Shown: piece by piece, positions 1 through 12,644 of the stretch
Position numbering within the stretch: the stretch's first letter is position 1
Layout of the letters: each line of letters starts with the position of its first letter
Assembly: GCF_036321535.1 (NCBI RefSeq)
Contig: NC_087471.1
Span: forward strand, 4,898,001-4,962,000
Origin: Camelus dromedarius
Lineage: Eukaryota
DNA: 64,000 nt
Reading direction: 5' to 3'
Made by a program: the position numbers and the translations under genes
Notes under the pieces: model-generated
Databases searched by the model: none
Told to the model about the DNA's origin: nothing
The model's input: only the letters and a program-made list of their open reading frames with translations

Positions 1-849
1 TCTTCGTATACGGTTGGCAGATTTTAAACTTACATTTTAGTATCATTATTTTTTTAGTCTCCCTTCTTTCTGAGATATTTTATTTACTAGTATGAAATCA
101 AGCATCCTTGGGGACTCATTTCCAGCTCCCACCCAGTGCAGGACCAAAGATGTCAAAATGTAAGCCCCTAGATTACCGAGACCAGAAACCAGCCCACCCC
201 ATCTGCACCAGGACAGTCACATGCTTATCTTTCCTGCTTGCTTCTCTGCTTTTCAGTTCTGTCTCAGTTTTTGGCCCTGGTTGATTCCCCCTACTCTTTA
301 GTTAATGCAGCCATGCATTTAAAAGCATTTTCGTCTTACTTAAATAGCAGCTCTAGATGTTTGTGTCAGGAAGGTTTGACGGTAACTACTGTGCCATATT
401 GCTGGGACCGGAAGCAGGAACTTCGCTTACCAAGTATTTTCAAATGCACTCTCTCTTTTAATTTTTATATCAAGGTTCCAGCTTCGTTGGGGCGAGCAAA
501 ATAATTGCAAATTGAGCTTTTCGCTCAAAGTCACAATCAGTGTGAACCAGGACTAAAACTCTAATATTAAGCTCCGAGTGTAGGTCTCTTTCCAATGCTC
601 CCATTTTCCCACAAAATACAGATAGTGGAACTCATGTGTTTCTCTCCCCAGTTTCTGCAAACCCCAGGGACTCAGTTTGCTTCATTTTTGTTATTTCATT
701 TTCTTGTTTATTAGTTGCTGCCAGTTTTTCTGTCTTTTGGGGCTTTCTTTTCCCAAACACTTTTATGGACTAGTTCCCCCTGAAATAGTGTCATAGGGCC
801 TTTTCTCCTAATAGGTTTACTCCTCGTCACCCGTCGAGCACTGACCAGG

Positions 850-1075
850 AATAACTGTAACAGCCGTGTATGCTGAGCTCTCACGGCGCCCCAGGCGCTT
901 TGCCAGGAGCTGCGTGTATTATCAGTTTAAACCTCACAACCACATGAGGTGTATGTTGTCATTTTCATTTTATAGGTGAGGAAACAGGCACAGAGAGGTT
1001 AAATAACTTGCCCAGTTTCACACACTTAGTAAGTTGTGGACCCGGATCTGAACTGTTACAGTCACACAGGCCTGC
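850..1075 (-). mobile_element. MIR SINE
   Basis: MIR core ttttataggtgaggaaacaggcacagagaggttaaataacttgccc. Confidence 0.85.
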
Positions 1076-1234
1076 AGCGTGCACTGTACACAGAAGCTCC
1101 AGAGGTTGTCAAGTCCTGTGGTCGTGGGCCATGGCTTAGTGCTGCTTGATTGCCTCTGAGGTGACGGCTGGAGGCATCTGCCCTTCTGTTTTATCCTCCT
1201 GAAAGCCAAGCTCTCTAGCCCCTTCCATCTGTCT

Positions 1235-1365
1235 CTAACCTGACCTTTGTTAGAATCACCAGAACCCCACCTCAACTACTGGATCAAAATCTTGATTGTG
1301 GCCATTTGATTTTTTTAATAGCACCCCCAGGTGACTCTGATTAGCAGTCATTTAGGGATCTCTGG
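1235..1365. mobile_element. MER5-type hAT-Charlie MITE fragment
   Basis: agaaccccacctc...gcacccccaggtgactctgattagcag resembles MER5A. Confidence 0.5.
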
Positions 1366-1904
1366 TAATTATTTCTTCTGCCAAGACCTCTCTTTATGCC
1401 CGCAAGATCAAATAGCAGAAGAATTTCTGACCTTTGTTTCACAGAGGCGGTTTGGGTCTCAGAATGTGCAGTCCTTATAACAGGCAGGTCACTGGATTCT
1501 GCTCTGCAGAGAATGGTTATGAGTGAAGCTTGTCCTGACCGAAAATACTGTGATGATGGAATTATATGTGTTCTGTGATAATCTCAAAAGATTAATTCCC
1601 AAACCTCCATGAATCTTGAAATTTTGTGAGTCCTCCATGGCAGCATTTCCTAAATATTTCATGGCTCATTGGCCTGTCACATGTTTCACACACATTAGAG
1701 GATTATGTGGTCTTAGAAGTTGGGAAACTTACATATTGTATTTCTCTCTTAGAAATTCATGGTGTACATTTGCATATTGAAGGACTCTTATAAGTTAAGT
1801 TTAAAAATTCTTTTTGCTTTGTTAAACTTGGCAGTTCACAAACTGGAAAGGTCTTTTATTCATGTAACTCTATTAGTAGCCAGTGTGAAACACTCATTGC
1901 TCTG

Positions 1905-2000
1905 TAGGTAGAAGTTTCTGTTTTTTCATTTGAAAATGGGGGACAATATCTACTTCATATTGGGTGATTGTGAGGATGAAATGAGAGTTAAGAGGTGAAG
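1905..2000 (+). mobile_element. MIR fragment
   Basis: gttttttcatttgaaaatggggacaata...tgtgaggatgaaatgag. Confidence 0.6.
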
Positions 2001-2151
2001 TCAAGTGTTTAACTAGGCTACTCGCTACCTACAGAAGTGCCTTGCTACTGCTTCCAGCCTCAGCAAAATAGAAAACTTACTCTGTAGCCAACCTTTGGGT
2101 CGCTCTCTTGGTAGAGTCAGGCTGTGACTAATCAAACCTGTGAGTTTCCAA

Positions 2152-2582
2152 CCATGAAAAAAAGAATGATATTCTGCCATTTCAGTGACATGGGTGGATC
2201 CGGAGAATACTAGGCTTAGTGAAATAAGTCAGACAGAAAGACAGTACTATGTGACATCACTTACACATGGAATCTAAAAAATAATACAAATGAATATATA
2301 TGCAAAACAGAAACAGACTCACAGGTACAGAAAACAAGCTTGTGGTTACAAAAGGGGAGAGGAAAGCGGGGAGGGACAATTAAGGATATGAGACTAACAG
2401 ATACAAACTACTGTATATAAAATAGATAAGCAACAGGGATACACTGTATAGCACAGGGAATTATACGCATTATATTGCAATAACCTTTGTGATGGAATAT
2501 GATCTGCAGACATACTGAATCACTATGCTGTACACCTGAAACTAACACAGTGTTGTAAATCAACTACATTTCAATTTTTAAA
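2152..2582 (+). mobile_element. L1 3' end (L1MA-type), 5'-truncated
   Basis: gaaataagtcagacagaaagac...acactgtatagcacagggaa...ctgtacacctgaaactaacacagtgttgtaaatcaactac. Confidence 0.85.
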
Positions 2583-4014
2583 TCATACTTTAAAAACAAA
2601 GGAATAATTTTCCGAGAAAAAAATTAAAATTTTCAATTTCAAGGTAATAAACAAAAAACCAGAAATATATAAAGAAGAAAAAATTAGGTCATCTGTAGTC
2701 CCACAATTTAGAGATAAACACTGTTAACATTTTGTTGTATTTTCCTCCAATTTTTTAAATATGTAAAATAGGACTCAGTATAGCATTAAAATGTATTTTT
2801 TTAATTTAAAAATCTGAGTTTCAAAATTGTACTATATTTTTAAATGCCTAGCACAATAAGAGCTCAAAAAATTTCAAACTTACTTATCTTCTGGAATTTT
2901 CAATATGGCTAGAGAAATTTTCAAGTAACATCTATATATAATTATTTGTAGATGATAAATTACCACTATGAAACATGCACATGCACAAATTCGTGTTGGT
3001 TGAATGAATGAATCTTATTTGGGCCTATTAAATGTATTTCCAGAATACACTTGAGTCATCAAACTATTGATTTGCATTTTAAAACATCTTGATTTGTTGC
3101 ATCGGGCCAAAGTGCTTTTGATCTCTCTACCACCAGGATTAAACCTCTTAGTAGTCATGTAATTGGGAAGACCTGTAACTGCCTGGCTCCACAGGAGCTG
3201 GGCTGCGTACACTTTTCAAGCTGTGCTTGTCCAGTTCCTTAGCATTCTGAAGTAGCTCTCAGCTCTCTCCTTCCTAGTCCCGTCACTGTTCCTTTCACGG
3301 CAGGGTCCCCATCTAAAACAGCCTCTTGGTTGTCAGAACAGGGAAGGTATTCCTTTTTTGAGTTTGATTTTAATTACTAGAAGGCTCACTAAAATCACTG
3401 GAAGTTGCTGACTAGTAACTCTGGTTAATTGTAGAGGATTATGCAGAAACGGAAGTACCCTGGACCAACTCAGAAACCTGCATTTCTGCTTCTCAGGGCC
3501 TGATTCTTGGGATCTTTTTTCGTCTTTTTAAAGCAGTGTGTATTTGTTGAGCAGCTTCTATGTTCAAATTGATATTCAGTTTTTGCAGGTAGAGATTTTA
3601 TATGGATAAATGAGAAGCTTGAAAGGTAATTTATAAAGGAGATAGAAAATTTGTATAAAGTTCCTATTGTTACTAAACTTTTATTACTAATACTTCAGAG
3701 AGGTGAGGTATGGGTAGTGAGTCTTATGTAACAGTTTTTCTAAAATTTTCTTAATATTATAGTCCTTTTTAAAAGGGCAAATGTTGTCTCACAGATTCCC
3801 CAGTATTGATTTAGAATATTTTGGTCTTAATGTAACAGATTATTAATAAACATAAAACTAGACATAAATTTCACAGGGTTGTCACTCTTATGCAACTCTA
3901 AATGATTTTTACAAATTTAAAACAAACCTTAAACCAATTACATTTAAAATGGCAGCATACCTTTAATATGCTTGGTGATGATAATCTAATACTGACTCCC
4001 GTGCTGTAAGTTCT

Positions 4015-4180
4015 TTTTTTTTTCCTTTCTTTTGAGGTAAAATTCACATAATATAAAATTCACCGTTTTTAAAGTATATAATTCATTGGCTTCCAGTATA
4101 TTCACAGTGTTGTGCAACCATCAGCACTGTCTAATTCCGGACATTTTCATCACCCTAGGAGGAAACGCACACCCATGAAG
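4015..4180 (-). mobile_element. L1 3' end fragment (L1MB/MA-type)
   Basis: T-tract then gaggtaaaattcacataatataaaattcacc...gttgtgcaaccatcagcac. Confidence 0.75.
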
Positions 4181-5569
4181 AAGTGTCTGTAAGTTCTGTT
4201 TGAGTTCGGCATGCCAGTAGTATTTTGTGCCCTGTGATGACCCAATTCTCCCTCCATTTTTCTGCAGAGGCCTGGGAGACATTCATTTATACTGTAACTT
4301 GGCCTTCAGTTGGTAGAATGCATTATTTACATGTTAAGTCCACCTCTGCTCCTTTTTTATTAGCCCTCAACTGTTAAATATAACTTCTTGTCATGAGTGT
4401 GTCCCTAGACGGGTATGTGAGCACCAACATCATGACACAGTACTTGATACGAAGGTAATTAGCCAGATGATCCAAAATATGCTTGTATTATTTTTAAAAA
4501 CAATCATAGAAAGGAAAACACATCATTAAAGTTCTCATAGAGAACTTGTGAAACCCTACGACCATATCTGAGGATCCCAGATTGAGGAATACTGTTAAAA
4601 TTGCTGAGGTCTTGTGTGTACTTAATGAGGAGCATGGACGTTTTAAATTTCTTACTATACTTTACCATTTTTAAGATAATTGCCCTGCAGTGTGAAAATA
4701 TCTTTTTGGAAAAGTCTTACTCGTATCTCATTTTGGTGAAAACATAATTTTTTTTTCACTGGGAACCTGAAAAATACTTCCTCCTTTTGGAAATTTCAAA
4801 TCGATAATAAAATGAAGTAATTTCATTTTTAGCCCTTTTTATTTTTATTTTGTCTCTAATATATTCTTTGTGGATTAAAAGTTAGTAGACTTAGGTTTTT
4901 CCCTATACAGCATGCTCATGATTTTCAAGCAAGTAACTTATTTTCAGATTTTAAAATTTGCTTTAGAGAAATTATTCCCAACAATTGAGTCATATTTTTA
5001 CGCCAAAGTTAATTGAGTCAGATTCTTATAAAATAATTGTAAAATGAATTATCTCTATTTATGAATGATTTTTAACATTGTATCAGGAAAACAGCATCAT
5101 CAAAACAGACCTTTTTTTTTTTTAATTTATACTGTCCAAAAAGATTAGAAGGTAAGTGTGACAGAGTGGCAGAAGATGAGGCTGGAGAGACCAAGTCATG
5201 ACATTCCTTATGAGCTAAGATAATGACATTTAATTTTACTCTGAAAACCAAGAAGTCATTGAAGAATTTTTTTTAATGTAATTAGCAAACATTTCCAAGT
5301 CTTTTTAATTTTACCTGAACTTATTAACTCAGCACATGTGTTAAGAAAATCATATTTTTAAATCTATCCTGAATTTGGTGTTAGATTTGAGAACTAATTA
5401 GTTATCAGCCTTTCCCATCACTAAAATGTCTCTCCTTATGGAGGTGGACGTTTTCAGGTGTGAAGCTGATCTTTACACGGCTCAATCTGTAGTTAAATCT
5501 AGCCTTTGATGGCCAAAATGTGCTGTCTGATAATTTGGCAGAGAAATTAATCAAATACGTTTAAATCCG

Positions 5570-6110
5570 TTCATTCTTGGTGGTATTTTAAAAGTAGTAA
5601 TCATTGGTCACCTTCAGAGGGTGATAAGGAAACCCAATTCATTATCTTGAAAACTGGTAAAAGGAAAAGAATCCAGTATTACCCCTGCCTTTTCTAAGTG
5701 AACTGAGCCAGTAGATAACCAAATAGTAGATGAGGGGTAGAATCACTTTATAAATGTATTCCAAATAATACATGAAGAAGAAATTACAGAAATTAAAGTA
5801 TCACCGTTTTAGAATCCCTTCTGACAGTGGCAGTAAGCAACAGTGGCTCCTAACATCACCAAGGGACACAATCAGGCTTTATGTGCCTCCTGTAGTCTTG
5901 CCAGAGCGGGGCAGAACCTGAATCTAATCCAATCTCTGGATCCATCTGTCGGTTTTTAGGAAATACCAAGTATCAGGAAGATGCTGAACTGCACCAAGAA
6001 TATGCAGTCAGCAAAACCCAAACCTGGGGAACGCCAGAGGTGCAACAGCCTGGGTTCTTCAATAGATGCATTACACGTGAGTGAAAGGGATGCTGGAGAA
6101 CCCTAAGGAT
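5570..6110 (+). mobile_element. Old L1 (L1MC-type) 3' region
   Basis: ttatcttgaaaactggtaaa...gtagatgagggg...aacctgaatctaatc are typical L1MC3/4 3' segments. Confidence 0.6.
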
Positions 6111-6142
6111 TAAAAGAACCTAAAAGACACCAAATTTTTTTT

Positions 6143-6798
6143 AAACATTTTTTTATTGAGTTATAGTCATTTTACAATGTTCTGTCAAATTCCAGCGTAG
6201 AGCACAATTTTTCAGTTATACATGAACATGCATATATTCATTGTCGCATTTTTTTCGCTGTGAGCTGCCACAAGATCTTGTATATATTTCCCTGTGCTAT
6301 ACAGTATAATCTTGTTTATCTATTCTACATATGCCTGTCAGTATCTACAAATTTTGAACTCCTAGTCTTTCCCTTCCCACCCACCCCCTCTTGGCAACCA
6401 CAAGTTTGTATTCTATGTCTTTGAGTCTGTTTCTGTTTTGTATTTATGGTTTTGGTTTTTGTTTTTAAGATTCCACATATGAGTGATCTCACATGGTATT
6501 TTTCTTTCTCTTTCTGGCTTACTTCACTTAGAATGACATTCTCCAGGAACATCTACGTTGCTGCAAATGNNNNNNNNNNNNNNNNNNNNNNNNNNNNNNN
6601 NNNNNNNNNNNNNNNNNNNNNNNNNNNNNNNNNNNNNNNNNNNNNNNNNNNNNNNNNNNNNNNNNNNNNNNNNNNNNNNNNNNNNNNNNNNNNNNNNNNN
6701 NNNNNNNNNNNNNNNNNNNNNNNTTTTCAAAGTAGGATTCCTTCTGGATATATGCCCAGGAGTGGGATTCCTGGGTCATATGGTAAGTCTGTTCCTAG
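6143..6798 (-). mobile_element. Young lineage-specific L1 3' end with target-site duplication
   Basis: tttttttattgagttatagtc...ggatatatgcccaggagtgggattcctgggtcatatggtaag. About 21-nt TSD taaaagacaccaa(a)tttttttt at 6121 and 6799; the right copy is followed by AA (TTTT/AA endonuclease site). Confidence 0.9.
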
Positions 6799-7188
6799 TA
6801 AAAGACACCAATTTTTTTTAAACAGGCAAAACTAAACTCTCATGTCTAGGGAAGCACACGGAGTACCTAGGGAAGCACGCAGTAAAAGGAAAATGGCGAG
6901 GGAGTGGTTAGTGTAAAAGCAGGGTGACGGTTACACACAGCAAGAGGAGGAAGGTGCTGTGACTGGGGTGGGGCTTCTGGGGTGGGTGGCAGACTTCTGT
7001 TTCTGGACTTGACTGGTGTTCACCTTAGAATAATTAATTAGGTTGTACCTTGCAGTGTTGGAGAAGATGTAGTGAATAGTACTCCTAAGTATTTCTTGAT
7101 AAATAAGATAAATTAGGTAGTTCCTAAGCCCCGCTTGTGTAAAGTGGAACAGGGCTTCTCAAAGTGGTATTTTTTATCAACTGCAGGA

Positions 7189-9087
7189 GCAGTTGTCAAA
7201 CATTTGGTCTCAGGACCCTTTTACACTGATACTGAGAACTACAAAGAGCTTCTGTTTATGTGATTTATAGCTCTAACATTTACCCAATTAGAAAATTTTT
7301 TTTCATTTTAGAATATGTGTTTAATTCATTTATACACTAATCATAACTCATAAACATTTTAAATGTTTATTAAGGTATAATTGACATATATTAGTTTCAA
7401 GTGTACAATATAATCATGTATTGTGTATCTCATAAAATGATCTCCACAGTAAGTGTAGTTAACATCTGTCATCATACCCAGCTACAGAATTTTTTTTTCT
7501 TGTGATGAGAACTTTTAAGATCTCTGTTAGCAACTTCCAAATAGGCAATACATTATTATTAACTGTAGTTGTCATGCCATACGTTACATTCTCCTGACTT
7601 ATTTATTTGATGACTGGAAGTTTGTGCCTTTTGACTCCCTTCACCCATTTTCACCAGTATATTCTCTGTATCTATGAGCTTAGTATTTTTTTCCTTCTTT
7701 CTCTCTCTGTTTTAGAGTCCACATATAAGTGAGATGATATGGTATTTGTCTTTCTCTGTCTGACTTATTTTACCCAGGATAATGCCCCCAAGTCCATCCA
7801 TGTTGTCTCAAATAGCAAGTCCTTTCTTTTTCATGGCTGAGTAGTATTCTTGTGTGTGTGTGTGTGTGTGTCTCACATTTTGTGAATAATGCTGAAGTGA
7901 ACATGAAGGTGCATTTTTTTGGAGGGGGCAGTTAGTGCTTTTGTTTTCTTCAGATAAACACCCAGAAGTGGAATTGCTGATCATATGGTTGTTCTGTTTT
8001 TAATTTTTTAAGGAGCTTCCTTACTGTTTTCCATAGTGGTTGTACCAGTTTACATTCTTTATCAGCAGTACACAAGGGTTCCCCTTTCTCCTCATCCTCT
8101 CTACAATCTCAATTGCTGTTTTTTGTCTTTTTGATAAAAGACATTCTANNNNNNNNNNNNNNNNNNNNNNNNNNNNNNNNNNNNNNNNNNNNNNNNNNNN
8201 NNNNNNNNNNNNNNNNNNNNNNNNNNNNNNNNNNNNNNNNNNNNNNNNNNNNNNNNNNNNNNNNNNNNNNNNNNNNNNNNNNNNNNNNNNNNNNNNNNNN
8301 NNNNNNNNNTGGGTTTTTTGCTATTGAATTGTTTGAGTTATAAACACTTTTATGAAAAAATGTCCCATGACAAAACACAAAAATTTAGTAAAGTAGTGTT
8401 GTTCTGTATTTTTTTTGGTATATCTCTTTAATTTCTTGCTTAGTAGCATACAGCTGGATTCTCATATGTACTTCTGCATTCAGTCTGTTACCATACATTT
8501 TTCTGGTTGAAATGTATGAACAAAAATCCAGCCTCACAAAGATTAGTAGTTGGAAAAGGGAGGTCTGTTTTAATAGTTTTTTCAGATAATTATGGATATT
8601 CTTCTTGGATACTTCTCTGACAAGTAGTAGGTTCACGAAGATGGGTTGCATTGTGGAACCTTACCTGAGCTTTCCTTACTCTGCTACATGAAAACCCATT
8701 GGCACGCAGCAGAAATGTTTTATGTACTTCCCATTTGTCACATGGAATATTTTCAAGAGTCCTCAAGGTTGAGATTTCATAAAAATAATAATTTTTCTGC
8801 TTCCTTCATCAAGGATGTTCTTAAGTGAAGCTGTCTTTTTTTTTTTTTTAAACAAGTGTGTGGCAGTGAAAAATACAATGACTGCTAGTACATTTTGATG
8901 CCACTATGTTGGTTTGTACTAAGACACCAGCAGTTTCATCCAGCATTGCCTTTGTGCACCATTGTGCAAATGTCAGTACAGTGGCAAAAGGCAGATAATG
9001 TCTCAGTATTATGATGAAACCAGCTTGGATTTCACAGACCTCTCGGTGACCACCAGAGGTCCGTGAATCGTAGTTTGAGAAGCACTG
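7189..9087. mobile_element. hAT-Charlie1-family DNA transposon remnant, interrupted by the L1 at 7360-8342
   Basis: Start cagttgtcaaacatttggtctcaggaccc; end aaaggcagataatgtctcagtattatgatgaaa...tttgagaagcactg. Confidence 0.65.
7360..8342 (-). mobile_element. L1 3' portion (L1MA-type) with internal (TG)10 at 7851-7870
   Basis: ttaactgtagttgtcatgcc...catggctgagtagtatt...cccagaagtggaattgctgatcatatgg. Confidence 0.85.
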
Positions 9088-9162
9088 ACCCAGAAGATTT
9101 TGTGGATGCTCACTGGCTGTTAGTTTAGGTTCAGCACTTGTCTTTGTTTTGTTTTGTCGTTT

Positions 9163-9306
9163 GGTTTTTTGCTTTTTGCTTTTTGTCTTGGTGGGGGTAG
9201 ATAATTTGGTTTACTTATTTATTCTTGGAGGAGGTACTGGGGATTGAACCCAGTGCCTCATGCATGCTAAGCATGCACTCTGCCACTTGAGCTATACCCT
9301 CCCCCT
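9163..9306 (-). mobile_element. Vic-1-type tRNA-derived camelid SINE
   Basis: Reverse complement gagggggagggtatagctcaagtggcagagtgcatgcttagcatgcatgaggcactgggttcaatccccagtacc, with A/B boxes and A-rich tail. Confidence 0.85.
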
Positions 9307-10069
9307 CTCGTCTTTGTTATTTTTTTGAGAAAGATATGAAACAACTTCTTGTGTTTTCAAGAATTGGCACATGATGTGGCTTTCCCAGGCTTGTCAAGAA
9401 TCAAGTACTTGATAATGTATGGAAGTTCCTTTTAGGTGGCATCAATTGAATAAAATATTTAGGACTGGAGTGTTAGTGTGCTTCAGTGATTGACAGTATG
9501 TTTCAAAATATTCTACTTCAAATCATCTGCAAAATGTATAGCCCCCTTCTTTCTTTGGTTGCTGTAACTGAATACATTTCCTTCATAAGTGTTTGTTGCT
9601 CTACTGTTTGAAGAAATAAGATTGTAAGCATATAAAAGCAGACTTTGGTAGCATTAAAGGGTGGGTAATTTTATTAAACCACACAGCATCCTTTATTTCC
9701 TTCCCTTCAGGGTAACTAAATACAAAATCCTATTTCTTTCCTCCCATTTTACCTCCAGTGAGGGTGGGACTAGACATGAGAATTCTCATTTTCTCCCCAG
9801 ATATCACACATTTAAAAGGCATTTTGCTATAATGAAACACTTATTTATTGACAGTTTGCTCTGTGTTTAACACTGTGATAAATAACATGGGAAGATAAGT
9901 TACAAACTCATTAAACAGTCAATGGGCAGAATATAATATAATATGATATTTTAATGTTTAAAAATGTGCGTTGCTGAGTTCAAAGTTGTGCTAAAGAGAT
10001 CAGTATGATCCAAATACTCAGAATGGTTTCATGAAGGATTAGGGTGAGTCAGTAAGGCTAGGTAGGAGG

Positions 10070-10640
10070 AAAGGGAAATGCTGTGTAGACAGAATATACC
10101 TGGATTTCAGCAAAGCATTTGATAAAATCTTTCAGGATGTCCTCATAGACATTAGGTGATCAACTGAGATGTAAAATTTAATGCAGTCTCAAATATTTGT
10201 TGAATCATTGAGTAACTAGTTGAATGACCGTACCCAAGTGTGCTGATGCTGTGACCTTGGGCTTATCCGTACAATATTTTTATCAGCATCTTAGATAAGG
10301 ACATGCATTCCTTATGCATTTATCAAATATCTCCTGTGAGTTATATATTCCAACCTGCTCTCAAAAATCAAAATAACTAATATATATCCTATCCTTTAAT
10401 CTCAAGGGTAGTAAAAGAAAAGATCATGTAAACAATTAACTGCTGGAGTAAAGTTTAATGTGCTGCTCACACAAGGTGAAGGGGTGGGTTCTTTGATAGT
10501 AGATCTCAATAGACTAGAAGAATTCTCCAAATCTGACAGGATAAGTTTATATGGATAAATGCAAGATCCTACATGTAGGTATAGAAAAACTGCGTGGCTA
10601 TAAAATGGGGAAAATCTAGTTTAACAACAGAGTTGAAGAA
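10070..10640 (+). mobile_element. L3/CR1 LINE fossil (RT region)
   Basis: 10085 onward reads VDRIYLDFSKAFDKI, the CR1 RT motif D(V/I)IYLDFSKAFD; later ataaatgcaagatcctacatgtagg. Confidence 0.75.
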
Positions 10641-10649
10641 AAGAGGACT

Positions 10650-11750
10650 TCTGACGTTTCTAGCAGTATGGCAGAGTACATTACTTGAAAATTCTTCTCG
10701 GTAACACTGAGAAATGCTTAGTAAAGCATTAAAATAATTCCTTTCAAATACATATTTAATCTAACCCCCCAAAAGTAAGGGAAATCCCTTGGTAGCAAAA
10801 CTGAGTAGGAAGACAGAGTTCCATAAGTGGATCCTATTGAATTTGAATAAGCATTGAGAAGCTTGCAAAAAATGAGGGAAAGCTCCAAGTCCTCCACCCC
10901 CATTAATTAATTTAAATGAACCCACTCTAGCTGGAGAGTGGGGAGTGAGTAGTGAAGCAAAAGTCATTCTAGGGTCAAATGCCAAAGCTGAACACTTGTG
11001 CCTGCTGCAAAAGTAGGCATCTAAAGCTGCAGCTTCAGTATCAATCCAGGGCCTTGGAAAGCAACTGGAGTTGTTAGCACTCCCTGGCCACTGGTAGAAA
11101 CAGGGAAATGTAGGTATTCAGGATTTCCACAGAATTTTCCTATCAGTCAGTTGTGAGTTTATATTGTCCCCAACATGGGAAAGGCCCCCATAAATGAGAT
11201 TGAGGAGGTTTAGGTTACTCCATTGTCCCTCCCCACATATACACCCCAGGTACTCCCGATACTGGGATATCATCAGATGCAGAATTAAAAATTAACTGAA
11301 CTATGTATGAAATGCTTAAAAAAATAATGAATTTTTAAAGGAATAAAAGAGCAAAAAGTCGCCATCAAAAATAATGAGGCACGTTTGAAAAAAAATCAAA
11401 TAGAATATAATCTAAAAGTACAATCTTTGAAATTTTAAACCCAGTGAGTAGGTTAGCATATTAGACAGTGAGGAAGAGGAAAATCTGCAAAGATTGTTCA
11501 GAATCCAGCATAGGGAAACAAGGTCAGGAAGAGCATGAAGTGTGAAAGGTCAAGAGACACGTTGACAGACTGTTCAGCGTACCTAGAAAGAGAGAATGGA
11601 GGAGAGACAAGTATTTGAAGAATGTTGGCTGAGAATTTTCTAGAACAAGTTAAAGGTGCTTTGCATATAAAAAAGATCAATTTTTAAAAAATCATACCTA
11701 AGCATATGTAGTAAAGGTACAAACTCTCAGAAAGAAAACATCACCAGATA
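10650..11750 (+). mobile_element. Ancient L1 (L1ME/L1M5) 5'UTR-ORF1 remnant
   Basis: Starts acttctgacgtttctagcagtatggcag; gagagaatggaggagagacaagtatttgaagaatgttggctgagaattttc resembles ORF1. Confidence 0.55.
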
Positions 11751-12644
11751 AAAATCAGGCTGATAGAGACATCTCAACATCAGCTTAGGGGGGAAAAAAA
11801 AACCAAATGTATTAGGCAGGTAGGTTTGTTTTTAACTTAATTTGCAGCCGTACCCTAAAATATTTCAGAGTCCAGAGGGGTGAATGGGTCTAAAACAAAA
11901 AGAAGTCTATTTCTACGGTGCACACACTACTTTTTTGTTGTTGTTGCATATTTTGTTAGTTGCATATGTGGCAGCAAATCTGCTAAAATTTACTGTAAAC
12001 TCTGCTCTTCAGGTGAAGTGGGTGTTCTGCTTTTTTTAAGAAATGGAGAAAATGCCTGGTTAAGCTGCAGAAACTTACAGAGATGATATTTTCGATTGTC
12101 AGTGGCCAGAATAGTATTAAAAATTTTTGACAGGAGGGGATAACCAGAGATGCTACATGAAATAGAAGACCCACAGGCAAACCAGCTTACATTTTGCTGC
12201 CCTTTCCCATAGAGACATATTTTGGGTGTTGAGGAATGATTTCTTAGAAGAGTAACAGTAAGTTATTTAAATACGAGCATGACTTCAAAATAACCTTGTA
12301 AGTCTATCTTTTGAAGATTCTTCCTGTATAGATCCTCTAACAGAATAATATTTTATACCGGATAGACACAGTGTGGATCCTAATTTAGGCCTGAAGAGAA
12401 CCACCGTCAGTTTGACCATCTTTGAATATGACTGACAGTGTTATAATAACTGTGCATTAAACTAGAGATTTTAACCATTTTATTCCCCTGTCAAGTGGAC
12501 CAGCAAGGTGAAAAGTAGGAGGTGAAATGGCATGTTTTATTATAGAACATTGGTTAGTGAACTGTGGACAATATTAAAATAAAATTTGGGGAAGAAAAGT
12601 AGGATTTTTTTTAAGTTGACAAATTAGATTTATTTTTACGAGAC

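Noticed and set aside
9212-9306. tRNA-like A/B boxes here and at 16230, 33375, 49650 and 58865
   Set aside because: These are tRNA-derived SINE heads with A-rich tails and TSDs, not tRNA genes; they do not form a full cloverleaf.
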